A stretch of DNA of 64,000 bases from Bacteroidales bacterium. GTDB taxonomy: Bacteria > Bacteroidota > Bacteroidia > Bacteroidales > UBA4181. Position 1 is the stretch's first letter. Every line of letters starts with the position of its first letter. The DNA lies in assembly GCA_017523725.1 (NCBI GenBank), contig JAFWVY010000038.1, forward strand, positions 1,487 to 65,486, given 5' to 3'. The notes beneath the pieces were generated by a model, which saw nothing but the letters and a program-made list of their open reading frames with translations, had not been told where the DNA came from and searched no databases. Positions 8,648 through 18,432 of the stretch are shown piece by piece. The position numbers were made by a program, and so were the translations under genes.

Positions 8648-9490
8648 TTATTTTTTCAGACCTTTGTATAACAGATAGATGACGAAAACCACGGCTAATC
8701 CGCAGATGGCAATCGAGATCTCGTGACTGTAACGCGCTATCAGCGCCTGCTGCCCGTGGGCGAGATATCCGAAAAGGGCCAGCACAAGGTTCCAGAATGT
8801 AGCACCGATGAATGTATAGAGCAGAAAGACCGGCATCCGCATCCGGGCCAGCCCGGCCGGCAGCGAAATGAGCTGCCTGACGACCGGCACCAGACGGCCT
8901 ATCAGTGTCGAGACTTTGCCGTAATGCAGGAAATACTGCTCCGCCTTCTCCACTTTGGCGCCGGAGAGCAGCAGGAACCGGCCCGCACGGCTTTCGGCGA
9001 ATCCATAGACCACCGGACGGCCCACCCAGAGTGCCAACAGATAGTTGAACAGCGCACCCAGCAACGCACCCAGCGAACCTGCCGCCACCACAGCCAGCAC
9101 ATTCAGCCACGGACTGGCGGTCAGATACAGATCGCTGCCGGCCTGGCAGGCCCAGTAGGCCGCCGGCGGCACCACTACTTCCGAAGGGAACGGAATGAAC
9201 GAACTCTCGAGGGCCATGAGCAGCGCCACCGTGCCGAGACTCAGGTGGTCGCGGTACCAGTCGGTCACCCGGTCGGTAAAACGCACCGGCCCGTCCGCCG
9301 TCACCTGGCCGGAGGCCGTCGTTTCCATGGCCTGTGCCACCGCTCCTGCAGTCTGTTCAGCCGTTACCCCAGCCTGCACTGCCGTCTCCGAAACGGCCCC
9401 GGCAAAGTCGGACGCAGACTGTCCCCGGACCGGCAGAAGACTCAGCAGAAACAGACATAGTACGGTCCACACCGCCCCTTTCCGGAGCAT
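8648..9490 (-). CDS. DedA-family membrane protein with N-terminal extension (start uncertain, 9490-9562)
   Basis: LMALESSFIPFPSEVV, GRLVPVVRQLISLPAG. Confidence 0.9.
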   Translation of the reverse strand: MLRKGAVWTVLCLFLLSLLPVRGQSASDFAGAVSETAVQAGVTAEQTAGAVAQAMETTASGQVTADGPVRFTDRVTDWYRDHLSLGTVALLMALESSFIPFPSEVVVPPAAYWACQAGSDLYLTASPWLNVLAVVAAGSLGALLGALFNYLLALWVGRPVVYGFAESRAGRFLLLSGAKVEKAEQYFLHYGKVSTLIGRLVPVVRQLISLPAGLARMRMPVFLLYTFIGATFWNLVLALFGYLAHGQQALIARYSHEISIAICGLAVVFVIYLLYKGLKK

Positions 9491-9645
9491 GTGCCGCATC
9501 ACATTGTTTCCGCACTGTTTCTCCATATGCACTTGCCGGATATCAGCCGTTGTTTTCACCACGCGGCGTATCGTACCGGGTCATTTTGCGGTCACGAAGG
9601 TAAGACTATTTGCCGAGAAAAAGCGCAGGCCATCAGAAAAATGTC

Positions 9646-9653
9646 TATCTTTG
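9646..9653 (+). promoter_or_regulatory. Bacteroidota -7 box (TATCTTTG) for the GH43-S41-gdh unit
   Basis: TAnnTTTG, 35 nt before ATG 9689. Confidence 0.65.
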
Positions 9654-9688
9654 GAGTTTTGATATCCGACCCGAAAAAACTGTTGCGC

Positions 9689-11380
9689 ATGCGCATGTCC
9701 CATAACCATTCCGTCTTGATGCTCACCGCCGCCGTCTGCTGCATCGCCTTCTGCACCGTGTTGAACGCCCGTCAGGGCAAGAAAAAGAACGACGTGGAAC
9801 CCGTCACGAAAACCGACCTGCTGAGTCGTTACGTCTCGCAGGTATGGGTCGCCGACAACGGCGACGGCACCTACCGGAATCCGGTTATCTGCGCGGACTA
9901 TTCCGATCCGGACGTCTGCGCCGGCGACGACGGCTACTACATGACCGCCTCGTCGTTCAACTGCATCCCGGGACTGCCCATCCTCCATTCGTACGACCTG
10001 GTCAACTGGACCCTCGTCGGGCACGCGCTCGCACGGCAACTGCCAGAGGACGTATTCTCAACCGTCCAGCACGGCAACGGCGTCTGGGCGCCGTGCATCC
10101 GCCGGCACGCGGGCAAATATTACATCTATTACGGCGATCCCGACCAGGGCATTTTCATGGTCCGCACCGACGATCCCCGCGGACAGTGGGAAGCTCCCGT
10201 CCTGGTCAAGGCCGGCAAGGGTCTCATCGACCCGACCGTGCTCTGGGATGACGACGGGACGGCCTATCTGGTCCACGCCTACGCCGGCAGCCGGGCGGGC
10301 ATCAAAAGCATCCTGACGGCCTGCCGGATGTCCGAAGACGGCGAGCGGGTGCTCTCCGACGAAACCATCATCTTCGACGGCCATGACGGGAATCCCACCG
10401 TCGAAGGCCCCAAGATTTACAAATACAACGGCTATTACTACATCTTCACGCCGGCCGGCGGCGTCTCGACAGGGTGGCAGCTCGTACTGCGGTCGCGCAG
10501 CATCTACGGCCCGTACGAACAGAAGATCGTCCTGGCACAGGGCAGCACGGCCATCAACGGTCCGCACCAGGGCGGCTGGGTGACCACCCCCTCCGGCGAA
10601 TCCTGGTTCCTGCATTTTCAGGATACCGGCGCCTACGGACGCGTAGTGCACCTGCAGCCCGTCGTCTGGAAAGACGGCTGGCCTGTCATGGGCAACGATG
10701 CCGACGGAGACGGCACCGGCGAACCGGTCCTGACCTTCCGGAAACCCGATGTCGGCCGCTCCTGTCCCATGGCCACCCCCGTCGAATCGGACGAATTCGA
10801 CAGCGCGACGCTCGGCCTGCAATGGCAATGGCCCGCCAACCCGGCCCAGGGCTGGGGCTTCCCCATCCCGTCGAAAGGCGTTTACCGGCTCTTCTCGACC
10901 GTGCCGCCCGAAGGCATGGTCAACTACCGTGACCTGCCTGCCATGCTGCTGCAGAAACTGCCCGCCTACCGCTTCACCGCCACCGTCAAACTGGATTTCA
11001 ACCCCTACCATCCCGGCGAAAAGACCGGCCTGGCCATCATGGGCGACAGCTACGCCTACATCGCCGTCACCAATCTGACACAGGGACTGGAAATATCCCA
11101 AGTGGCCTGCGAACGAGCCATCAACGGCGCCGCCGAGCGCACCGTCGCATCGGCTGCCGTGCAAGGCCGTACCTTCTACCTGCGGGTGCAGGTGGCTGAC
11201 GGCGCAGTGTGCACCTTCAGCTACAGCACCGACGGCAGTACCTTCCAGCCACTCGGAGAGCCGTTCAAGGCCGTCGAAGGACGCTGGATCGGCGCCAAAA
11301 TGGGCATGTTCTGCACCCGTACCAACACGACTAACAACGCCGGATACGCGGACCTCGACTGGTTCCGCGTTACGCCGTAA
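9689..11380 (+). CDS. Glycoside hydrolase family 43 (beta-xylosidase/arabinofuranosidase-like) with C-terminal beta-sandwich
   Basis: NPVICADYSDPDV, WAP, IDP, VEGPK, PHQG, SDEF..LGLQWQW. Start moved to the signal-peptide Met downstream of the promoter box. Confidence 0.92.
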   Translation: MRMSHNHSVLMLTAAVCCIAFCTVLNARQGKKKNDVEPVTKTDLLSRYVSQVWVADNGDGTYRNPVICADYSDPDVCAGDDGYYMTASSFNCIPGLPILHSYDLVNWTLVGHALARQLPEDVFSTVQHGNGVWAPCIRRHAGKYYIYYGDPDQGIFMVRTDDPRGQWEAPVLVKAGKGLIDPTVLWDDDGTAYLVHAYAGSRAGIKSILTACRMSEDGERVLSDETIIFDGHDGNPTVEGPKIYKYNGYYYIFTPAGGVSTGWQLVLRSRSIYGPYEQKIVLAQGSTAINGPHQGGWVTTPSGESWFLHFQDTGAYGRVVHLQPVVWKDGWPVMGNDADGDGTGEPVLTFRKPDVGRSCPMATPVESDEFDSATLGLQWQWPANPAQGWGFPIPSKGVYRLFSTVPPEGMVNYRDLPAMLLQKLPAYRFTATVKLDFNPYHPGEKTGLAIMGDSYAYIAVTNLTQGLEISQVACERAINGAAERTVASAAVQGRTFYLRVQVADGAVCTFSYSTDGSTFQPLGEPFKAVEGRWIGAKMGMFCTRTNTTNNAGYADLDWFRVTP

Positions 11381-11394
11381 AACCAACCAGACCT

Positions 11395-12702
11395 ATGAAA
11401 ACCAAACGAAACCGGAATCGCTGCATGACGGTGCTTTTCTGCATCGTCCTGTCATGCGCGGCCTGCGACATGACACCGATTCCAGTGGCCGAAAAGCCAA
11501 CCCAAGGAGGGCAGGACCCGCCTCCCGCCCCAGATGAGACAAAATCCTTCAACACCTGCATACAGCAGGAAATGCAGCGGGATTATCTCTGGAACGACTC
11601 CATCGACATGGAGTTGCTGAGCAATGAAGCGGCCGACGAATACGATCCGCAGGAACTGTTCTACGACATGCTTGTGAAACAGGACAATCACAGTTTCATG
11701 CGCACCTATGCCCACCACCTGGAAAAATCGCAGGTCAAGTGGGAAAAACGAGACTGCGGCGCCGTCTTCATGTCCGCCTACAACGGCCAGTACTACCGCG
11801 TGTACGTCAGCCGCGTCATGCCGGATTCTCCGCTCTGGGCCAAGGGCATCCGCCGGGGCGACATCCTGTACCGGGTCAACGGCGAGAACGCCGTCAGGAA
11901 ACTGTTCCACGGTGAACTGTACGCAGCGATAAACCAGGAAGACACTCCCCTCACCTTCATCAAACAGGAAGGCGACACCGTGACGTTCACGGTCGACCGT
12001 TGGACCTACCCCGTCGTACCGGATATTTTCCGCGGCATCTATCCCGTGTCCGACACCGAATCCACAGGCTACCTGGTCTGCACCCGCTTCGACGACATGC
12101 CGGGTGCGGGAGACACCGGCGAAAGACTGTTCGGATCCTTCCAAGAAGCCGGGCTCCGCTCGCTGGTGCTCGATCTGCGCTATAATTCGGGCCAGTCGAT
12201 CCAGGCGGCGGCCGAAGCCGCGTCCATGCTGCTGCCCGCAAGCTGCACCGACAGTGTCGTCCTGCTGCGGTATATCGGCAACAAGACGCTGCAGGATGCC
12301 GGCATATCCCGTGTCATCAAGATCCGGCGCCGGCCCGATGCACTGAATCTCAATAAGTTGATTATCATTACCTCAAAATCGACCGCAGCAGCGGCCGAAA
12401 TACTCATCCAAGGTCTGAAGGCGTATATCCCCGAAGTCCGAACCGTCGGCGGCACCACCCGCGGCAACGTCCTTCTGGCCGATACGCTCCTGCTCCCGGA
12501 TCCCGGCGACAGGCCTGGTCTTCAACCCGAATGGGTGTATGCACCGGTCGTGGCCATTGCTGCCGGCCCGGACGGCACCCCGCTGGAAAAACAAGGCATT
12601 CCTGCAGACATCCCCTGCGAAGACGATCTGCGACATGATTTCGGACCGGAGGAAGCCTGTCTGCAAACGGCCATCCAATACCTCAAAACAAGTTTGCCAT
12701 GA
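11395..12702 (+). CDS. S41-peptidase-like lipoprotein (PDZ + S41 fold), apparently lacking catalytic Ser and Lys
   Basis: Lipobox LSCAA-C, YLWND, PDZ-like VMPDSPL..GIRRGD, LVLDLRYN, TAAAAE (expected TASASE), TRGN (expected TxGK). Confidence 0.82.
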   Translation: MKTKRNRNRCMTVLFCIVLSCAACDMTPIPVAEKPTQGGQDPPPAPDETKSFNTCIQQEMQRDYLWNDSIDMELLSNEAADEYDPQELFYDMLVKQDNHSFMRTYAHHLEKSQVKWEKRDCGAVFMSAYNGQYYRVYVSRVMPDSPLWAKGIRRGDILYRVNGENAVRKLFHGELYAAINQEDTPLTFIKQEGDTVTFTVDRWTYPVVPDIFRGIYPVSDTESTGYLVCTRFDDMPGAGDTGERLFGSFQEAGLRSLVLDLRYNSGQSIQAAAEAASMLLPASCTDSVVLLRYIGNKTLQDAGISRVIKIRRRPDALNLNKLIIITSKSTAAAAEILIQGLKAYIPEVRTVGGTTRGNVLLADTLLLPDPGDRPGLQPEWVYAPVVAIAAGPDGTPLEKQGIPADIPCEDDLRHDFGPEEACLQTAIQYLKTSLP

Positions 12703-14036
12703 ACGTGGACAAAATCATGATTGCGCTCGAAAAACGCAATCCGAACCAGACCGAATACCTTCAAGCGGTCCGCGATGTGCTCGAATCCATCGAAGATGTC
12801 TATAACGAAAATGCGCGCTTCGAAAACGCCTCCATCATCGAACGCCTCATCGAGCCCGACCGGATTCTGTCGTTCAAAGTTCCCTGGCTGGACGACGAAG
12901 GCAGAGTGCAGATAAACCACGGATACCGCATCCAGTACAACAACGCCATCGGTCCGTACAAGGGCGGTCTGCGTTTCCATCCGAGCGTCAATCTGAGCAT
13001 TCTCAAGTTCCTTGGCTTTGAGCAGACCCTCAAGAACAGCCTCACCACCCTGCCGATGGGCGGCGCCATGGGCGGCGCCGATTTCGACCCGAAAGGCAAG
13101 TCTCAGAGCGAACTGATGCGCTTCTGCCAGAGTTTCATGCTCGAGATGTGGCGCATCATCGGTCCCGACACCGACGTACCGGCCGGCGACATCGGCGTCG
13201 GCAGCAAGGAAGTAGGCTACCTCTTCGGCATGTACAAGAAACTGTCGGGCAGCCACAACGGCGTCTTCACCGGCAAGGGCGTGGCCTCCAGCGGCAGCCT
13301 CATCCGGTCGGAGTCCTCAGGCTATGGCGCCGTCTATTTCGTCAACGAGATGCTGCGCAACACCTCCGACTCCATCTGCGGCAAGCGCGTGGCCATCTCC
13401 GGTTTCGGCAACGTCTCGTGGGGCGTGGCCAAGAAAGCCGTTGCGCTGGGTGCAAAAGTCGTCACGATTTCGGGACCGGACGGCTACATCTACGACAAAG
13501 ACGGCCTGGACGAGCGCAAAGTGGACTATATGCTCGAACTGCGCAGCAGCAACGAAGACATCGTCAAACCCTATTCCTACGAATTCGAGGATGCCGAGTT
13601 CCACCCCGGTGCCAAGCCCTGGGAAGTGAAGTGCGACATTGCTTTCCCCTGCGCCACCGAGAACGAACTGGACATCAACGATGCCAGGGCGCTCATCCGC
13701 AACGGATGCACCTGCGTCTGCGAAGGCGCCAACATGCCGTGCACATCCGAGGCCATCGACCTGCTGCAGACCCACAAGGTACTGTTTGCGCCCGGCAAGG
13801 CCGCCAATGCGGGCGGTGTGGCCACCTCCGGCCTGGAGATGACACAGAATGCCATGAAAATCAGTTGGTCCGAAGAAGAAGTCGACACCCGGCTGCAGCG
13901 CATCATGCACGACATCCACACCCTCTGCGCCACCTACGGCACCCGCGAGGACGGCTATGTCGATTACGTCAAGGGCGCCAATATCGCCGGATTCCTGAAA
14001 ATCGCCAACGCCATGCTCGAACAGGGCATCGTGTAG
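12699..14036 (+). CDS. gdhA: Glutamate dehydrogenase homologue (GdhA-type); catalytic Lys reads as Met
   Basis: GPYKGGLRFHPSVN, EQTLKN, DVPAGDIGVG, SGFGNV, EGANMP, NAGGVATS; GGAMGG instead of GG(G/A)KGG. ATGA overlap with the upstream gene. Confidence 0.9.
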   Translation: MNVDKIMIALEKRNPNQTEYLQAVRDVLESIEDVYNENARFENASIIERLIEPDRILSFKVPWLDDEGRVQINHGYRIQYNNAIGPYKGGLRFHPSVNLSILKFLGFEQTLKNSLTTLPMGGAMGGADFDPKGKSQSELMRFCQSFMLEMWRIIGPDTDVPAGDIGVGSKEVGYLFGMYKKLSGSHNGVFTGKGVASSGSLIRSESSGYGAVYFVNEMLRNTSDSICGKRVAISGFGNVSWGVAKKAVALGAKVVTISGPDGYIYDKDGLDERKVDYMLELRSSNEDIVKPYSYEFEDAEFHPGAKPWEVKCDIAFPCATENELDINDARALIRNGCTCVCEGANMPCTSEAIDLLQTHKVLFAPGKAANAGGVATSGLEMTQNAMKISWSEEEVDTRLQRIMHDIHTLCATYGTREDGYVDYVKGANIAGFLKIANAMLEQGIV

Positions 14037-14096
14037 TAACAGCTACCAAAAAGCCGGAAAGAATACCGGCGCACAGGAAAGCAGAAAACAGAAAGG

Positions 14097-14135
14097 AAAT
14101 TCAGCGGCCGGGACTACAGGTCGCTGAATTTTTTT
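14097..14135 (+). terminator. Rho-independent terminator after gdh
   Basis: AAATTCAGCGGCC / GGTCGCTGAATTT stem (one G-U pair) running into a T-tract. Confidence 0.6.
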
Positions 14136-15124
14136 ATGCCGTGCAGGAAGTGGGCCGACACCACGCTGCGATGCACCATCTGCGACGGCCAGCCGGCGGG
14201 ACGCGCATGCCCCTTCATCTGACGCCGGTAGCGCGGCACCGCCCGCCAGAACGCGACATGTGCCTTCACAATGGCCGCAAACAAGGCGGGACCACCCTTC
14301 GAAAACAAGACCCGGCAGGCCGAGATGCCGTCCAGGACCATGCGGCACAGCAGCGTGGACCAGCAGCGGCCCTGCGGCAGGTTCTTGTACAGCATCAGAA
14401 GATTATTGCGATAATTGAGAAACGTCTTGTAAGGATTGTTCTGCGGCAGCGTGCCTCCCCCCACATGGTACACCGTCGAAGCCGGCTCGTACCACACCGT
14501 CAGGCCCGCATTCTTCATGCGCCAGCACAGGTCGATCTCCTCCATGTGGGCGAAAAAGAAAGCGTCGAGGCCGCCCGCGGCCAGACAGGCCTCCCTTCGT
14601 ACCGCGCAGCATGCGCCCGTCGCCCAGAAGACCTCACGCGCATCATCATACTGCCCCTCGTCGGCCTCCACTTCGCCGAACAGACGGCCCCGGCAGAACG
14701 CATAACCGTAGCGGTCGATGAAACCGCCGGCCGCCCCGGCATACTCAAATTTCGACCGGTCGGCCACGGCACGCAGCTTAGGCATCACGGCCGCCACCCG
14801 GTCGTCGGCCTCCATCCGGGCGAGCAGCGGACCGAGCCATCCCGGCGTCACCTCCACGTCCGAATTGAGCAGCACCACAAAATCGGCCTCCGTCTGCGCG
14901 ATGGCGCGGTTATAGCCTTCGGCGAAACCATAGTTGCGGTCGAACGGCAGCCACGTCACCTCAGGATGGTTGGCTGCGACATAGGCGGCGGAACCGTCCG
15001 TGGAACCGTTGTCAGCCACCACGACCGACACGCCTTCCTGCAAGGTGTACTGCACCACCTGCGGGAGATAGGTCTCCAGAAAACGGCAGCCGTTCCAGTT
15101 GAGTATGATGACTGCTGCCTTCAT
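14114..15124 (-). CDS. Glycosyltransferase family 2
   Basis: MKAAVIILNWNG, VADNGSTD, NYGFAEGYN, LLNSD, HMEEIDLCWR. Start 15124 overlaps the rlmN stop (ATGA). Confidence 0.92.
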   Translation of the reverse strand: MKAAVIILNWNGCRFLETYLPQVVQYTLQEGVSVVVADNGSTDGSAAYVAANHPEVTWLPFDRNYGFAEGYNRAIAQTEADFVVLLNSDVEVTPGWLGPLLARMEADDRVAAVMPKLRAVADRSKFEYAGAAGGFIDRYGYAFCRGRLFGEVEADEGQYDDAREVFWATGACCAVRREACLAAGGLDAFFFAHMEEIDLCWRMKNAGLTVWYEPASTVYHVGGGTLPQNNPYKTFLNYRNNLLMLYKNLPQGRCWSTLLCRMVLDGISACRVLFSKGGPALFAAIVKAHVAFWRAVPRYRRQMKGHARPAGWPSQMVHRSVVSAHFLHGIKKFSDL

Positions 15125-16185
15125 TGTACGTTGTTTTTCAGAGTGGATAACATGCCGCAGGCCGCCATGATGTCCTCCCCGCGCGAATGGCGGATGGTCA
15201 CCTGCAGGCCGTGCGACTGAAGCCGGCGCTGAAAATCGAGCATGCGCTCCTCCGGCGCCCCGCGGAATGCACTGCCTTCGATGGCATGGAAACGGATGAG
15301 ATTGATGCGGCACGGCAGCCCCTTCAGCAGTGCGGCCAAAGCGTCGGCATGGCGCGGCGTATCGTTCAGCCCGTCGAACACGATGTACTCGAACGACAGC
15401 CGCCGGTAATCGCTGAAATCGTACCGGCGCAAGGTGCGGACAACCTCCGAAATCGGATACTTGTGCTGCACAGGCATCATGGCCGCCCGCTCATTGTCGA
15501 ACGGATTGTGCAGACTCACAGCCAGATGACAGCGCGTCCGCCGCAGGAATTCCTCCATGCCGGGAATGACGCCCGCCGTCGAAACCGTGATGCGCCGGGC
15601 CGCCATGCCGAAGCCCCACGGCGCTGTCAGCACTTCGATGCTTTCGAGCACAGCGTCCAGGTTGTCGAACGGTTCGCCCATGCCCATATAGACGACGTTG
15701 GTCAGCGCCTCATACTCCGGCAGGCTGCGCAGTTGGTTCAGGATATCCCCGGACGACAGGTTGCCGGTGAACCGCTGCCGCCCCGTCATGCAGAACGCAC
15801 ACCCCATGCGGCAGCCCACCTGAGAGGAAATGCACGCCGTGGCCCGCTCCCCGTCGGGGATGAATACCGTCTCGACAAAGCCGCCCGGCGACGCCGGAAA
15901 AAGATACTTGCGGGCACCGTCGGCCGACACCTGTACGTCCGCCGGTGCCGCGACGCCCACCTCGGCCACCTCCTGCAACTGCGCCCGGCGCACCTTCGAC
16001 AGGTTCAGCATATCGTCCGTCGAGGCCACCTTCCGGTGATACAGCCATTCGGCCATCTGCATGGCGGCATAGCGCGGAAAATGCAGGGAGTCCGACAATT
16101 CCTGCAGCGCCTCCAGACGCATGCCGAACAGCCGGACCACCTCACGCCGCGCCGGACAGACCGAATCTACTTGCGACATATTCAT
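15121..16185 (-). CDS. rlmN: 23S rRNA/tRNA A2503 C2-methyltransferase (radical SAM)
   Basis: CISSQVGCRMGCAFC, MGMGEP, RINLI, AACGML. Confidence 0.95.
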   Translation of the reverse strand: MNMSQVDSVCPARREVVRLFGMRLEALQELSDSLHFPRYAAMQMAEWLYHRKVASTDDMLNLSKVRRAQLQEVAEVGVAAPADVQVSADGARKYLFPASPGGFVETVFIPDGERATACISSQVGCRMGCAFCMTGRQRFTGNLSSGDILNQLRSLPEYEALTNVVYMGMGEPFDNLDAVLESIEVLTAPWGFGMAARRITVSTAGVIPGMEEFLRRTRCHLAVSLHNPFDNERAAMMPVQHKYPISEVVRTLRRYDFSDYRRLSFEYIVFDGLNDTPRHADALAALLKGLPCRINLIRFHAIEGSAFRGAPEERMLDFQRRLQSHGLQVTIRHSRGEDIMAACGMLSTLKNNVQ

Positions 16186-16192
16186 TTGACAG

Positions 16193-16229
16193 CAAAGATA
16201 TGGACTATCCGTTTATTTAATTAATTTTG
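16193..16229. promoter_or_regulatory. Divergent -7 boxes: TATCTTTG (minus, 16193-16200, rlmN) and TAATTTTG (plus, 16222-16229, prfA)
   Basis: Both match TAnnTTTG, back to back in the intergenic region. Confidence 0.7.
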
Positions 16230-16252
16230 CGGACATATATTCAAAAAATTTT

Positions 16253-17338
16253 ATGGCTGAAAACACGCTATTGGAGAAACTCGAGGGCATCCATGCCAGG
16301 TACGTGGAGGTCGGGCAGCTGCTGACCGAACCGGACATCGTCTCTGACATGAAAAATTACATCAAATACAACAAAGAATATAGTGATTTACAGCCAATTG
16401 TAGAGATATACAAGACCTATCGCGACTGTCTGAGCAACATCGAGAACGCCAAGGAAATCCTGGCGACGGAGAAAGATGAGGAGATGCGCGAGATGGCCAA
16501 GGCCGAACTCGACAGCGAAAGCGAGCGCGTGGCGCCGCTCGAAGAAGAGATCAAGCTGCTGCTGCTGCCCTCCGACCCGCAGGACGACAAGAACGCCGTC
16601 ATGGAGATCCGCGCCGGCACGGGCGGCGACGAAGCCAGTATCTTCGCGGGCGACCTGTTCCGCATGTACTCCAAATTCTGCGAGACCAAAGGCTGGAAAA
16701 TAGAAGTGACCAACCTCTCCGAAGGCACGGTGGGCGGCTTCAAGGAAATCGTCTTTTCGGTGACCGGACAGAAAGTGTACGGCACCCTCAAATACGAATC
16801 GGGCGTACACCGCGTCCAGCGCGTGCCGCAGACCGAGACACAGGGCCGCGTCCATACCTCGGCGGCCACGGTGGACGTATTGCCCGAAGCCGGCGAATTC
16901 GATATCGAACTCAACCTCAACGACATCCGGAAGGATACCTTCTGCTCGTCGGGTCCCGGCGGCCAATCGGTCAACACCACCTACTCGGCCATCCGGCTCA
17001 CCCACATCCCGTCGGGCATCGTCGTCCAGTGCCAGGACGAAAAGTCCCAGATAAAGAACTACGAGAAAGCGCTCAATGAGTTGCGGACAAGATTGTATAA
17101 CATTGAGTATCAGAAATATCTGGACGAGATTGCCTCCAAGCGCCGGACCATGGTCTCCACGGGCGACCGCTCGGCCAAGATCCGCACGTACAACTATCCG
17201 CAGAGCCGCGTGACGGACCACCGCATCAACCTGACGCTGTACAACCTGCCGTTCATCATGGACGGCAACATCCAGGAAATCATCGATGCGCTGCAAGTCG
17301 AGGAAAACGCCGAAAAGTTGAAGGCCTCCGGCGTATAA
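16253..17338 (+). CDS. prfA: Peptide chain release factor 1
   Basis: [16 protein letters not shown] (PxT), [11 protein letters not shown]. Confidence 0.97.
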   Translation: MAENTLLEKLEGIHARYVEVGQLLTEPDIVSDMKNYIKYNKEYSDLQPIVEIYKTYRDCLSNIENAKEILATEKDEEMREMAKAELDSESERVAPLEEEIKLLLLPSDPQDDKNAVMEIRAGTGGDEASIFAGDLFRMYSKFCETKGWKIEVTNLSEGTVGGFKEIVFSVTGQKVYGTLKYESGVHRVQRVPQTETQGRVHTSAATVDVLPEAGEFDIELNLNDIRKDTFCSSGPGGQSVNTTYSAIRLTHIPSGIVVQCQDEKSQIKNYEKALNELRTRLYNIEYQKYLDEIASKRRTMVSTGDRSAKIRTYNYPQSRVTDHRINLTLYNLPFIMDGNIQEIIDALQVEENAEKLKASGV

Positions 17339-17404
17339 AACAAGACATCAAACAATTATACAATACAATACATTACACATTACGCCTATTCAAAACATCA
17401 CATT

Positions 17405-18406
17405 ATGGACTTTATCAGTAAAATCATCGAAAACGCCAAACGGCACCAGAAACATATCGTCCTTCCCGAAGGATTGGAAGAACGGACGCTCAAAGCCGCC
17501 GACAAAGTACTCGCAGAGAAAATCGCGCGTCCGACGCTCATCGGCAATCCCGACGCCATCCTCCGGAAAGCCGCGGAACTCGGCCTGAGCCACATCGGCG
17601 AAGCCCAGATCATCGATCCGGAAAACAACCCGAAGAAAGAAGCCTACATCGAACTGATGCTGAAGATCCGCCAGTCCAAAGGACTCACCCGCGAGCAGGC
17701 CGAAAAACTGATTGTCAACCCGTTGTATCTCGGCACCCTGATGATCAAGGCCGGCGATGCCGACGGCGAAGTGGCCGGAGCCATGAACGCCACGGGCGAC
17801 GTGCTGCGTCCCGCGCTGCAATACGTCAAGACCGCCCCGGGCGTCAGCGTCGTTTCGGGTGTATTCTTCATGCTGCTCCCCGACAAGACCTACGGGCACA
17901 ACGGCATGATGGCCTTCGCCGACTGCGCCGTCACGCCCAATCCCGATGAAAAACAGCTGGCCGAAATCGCCGTCACGACCGGCAAGACGGCCCGCATCCT
18001 CGGCGAATTCGAACCGAAGGTCGCCATGCTGAGCTTCTCGTCCAAAGGCAGCGCCAAACACGAAATGGTTGACAAGGTGGTCAATGCCACCAAGCTGGCA
18101 CAGGCCATGGCACCCGACATGCAAATCGACGGCGAACTGCAGGCCGACGCGGCCATCGTACCGGCCGTGGCCAAGAGCAAGGCGCCGGGCAGCCCGGTGG
18201 CCGGCGGAGCCAATGTCCTCGTGTTCCCCACGCTCGAAGTCGGCAACATCGCCTACAAACTGGTCCAGCGTCTGGCACATGCCGAAGCCATCGGCCCGGT
18301 GCTGCAGGGCATGGCCGCCCCCATCAACGACCTGTCACGCGGCTGCTCCGTCGAAGACATCGTCGACATGATCGCCATCTCCGCCAACCAGGCCGCCGGT
18401 CTGTAA
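17405..18406 (+). CDS. pta: Phosphate acetyltransferase
   Basis: IVLPEG, FADCAV, LSFSSKGS, DGELQADAA, GNIAYK, NDLSRG. Confidence 0.97.
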   Translation: MDFISKIIENAKRHQKHIVLPEGLEERTLKAADKVLAEKIARPTLIGNPDAILRKAAELGLSHIGEAQIIDPENNPKKEAYIELMLKIRQSKGLTREQAEKLIVNPLYLGTLMIKAGDADGEVAGAMNATGDVLRPALQYVKTAPGVSVVSGVFFMLLPDKTYGHNGMMAFADCAVTPNPDEKQLAEIAVTTGKTARILGEFEPKVAMLSFSSKGSAKHEMVDKVVNATKLAQAMAPDMQIDGELQADAAIVPAVAKSKAPGSPVAGGANVLVFPTLEVGNIAYKLVQRLAHAEAIGPVLQGMAAPINDLSRGCSVEDIVDMIAISANQAAGL

Positions 18407-18432
18407 TCCCTCACCCTGTCAATACGATTGCC

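Noticed and set aside
10058-11386. 442-aa minus-strand ORF
   Set aside because: Antisense shadow of GH43 caused by GC-rich codon bias.
13148-15220. 690-aa plus-strand ORF
   Set aside because: Arg/His-rich off-frame reading of gdh followed by the antisense of GT2; it also crosses a terminator.
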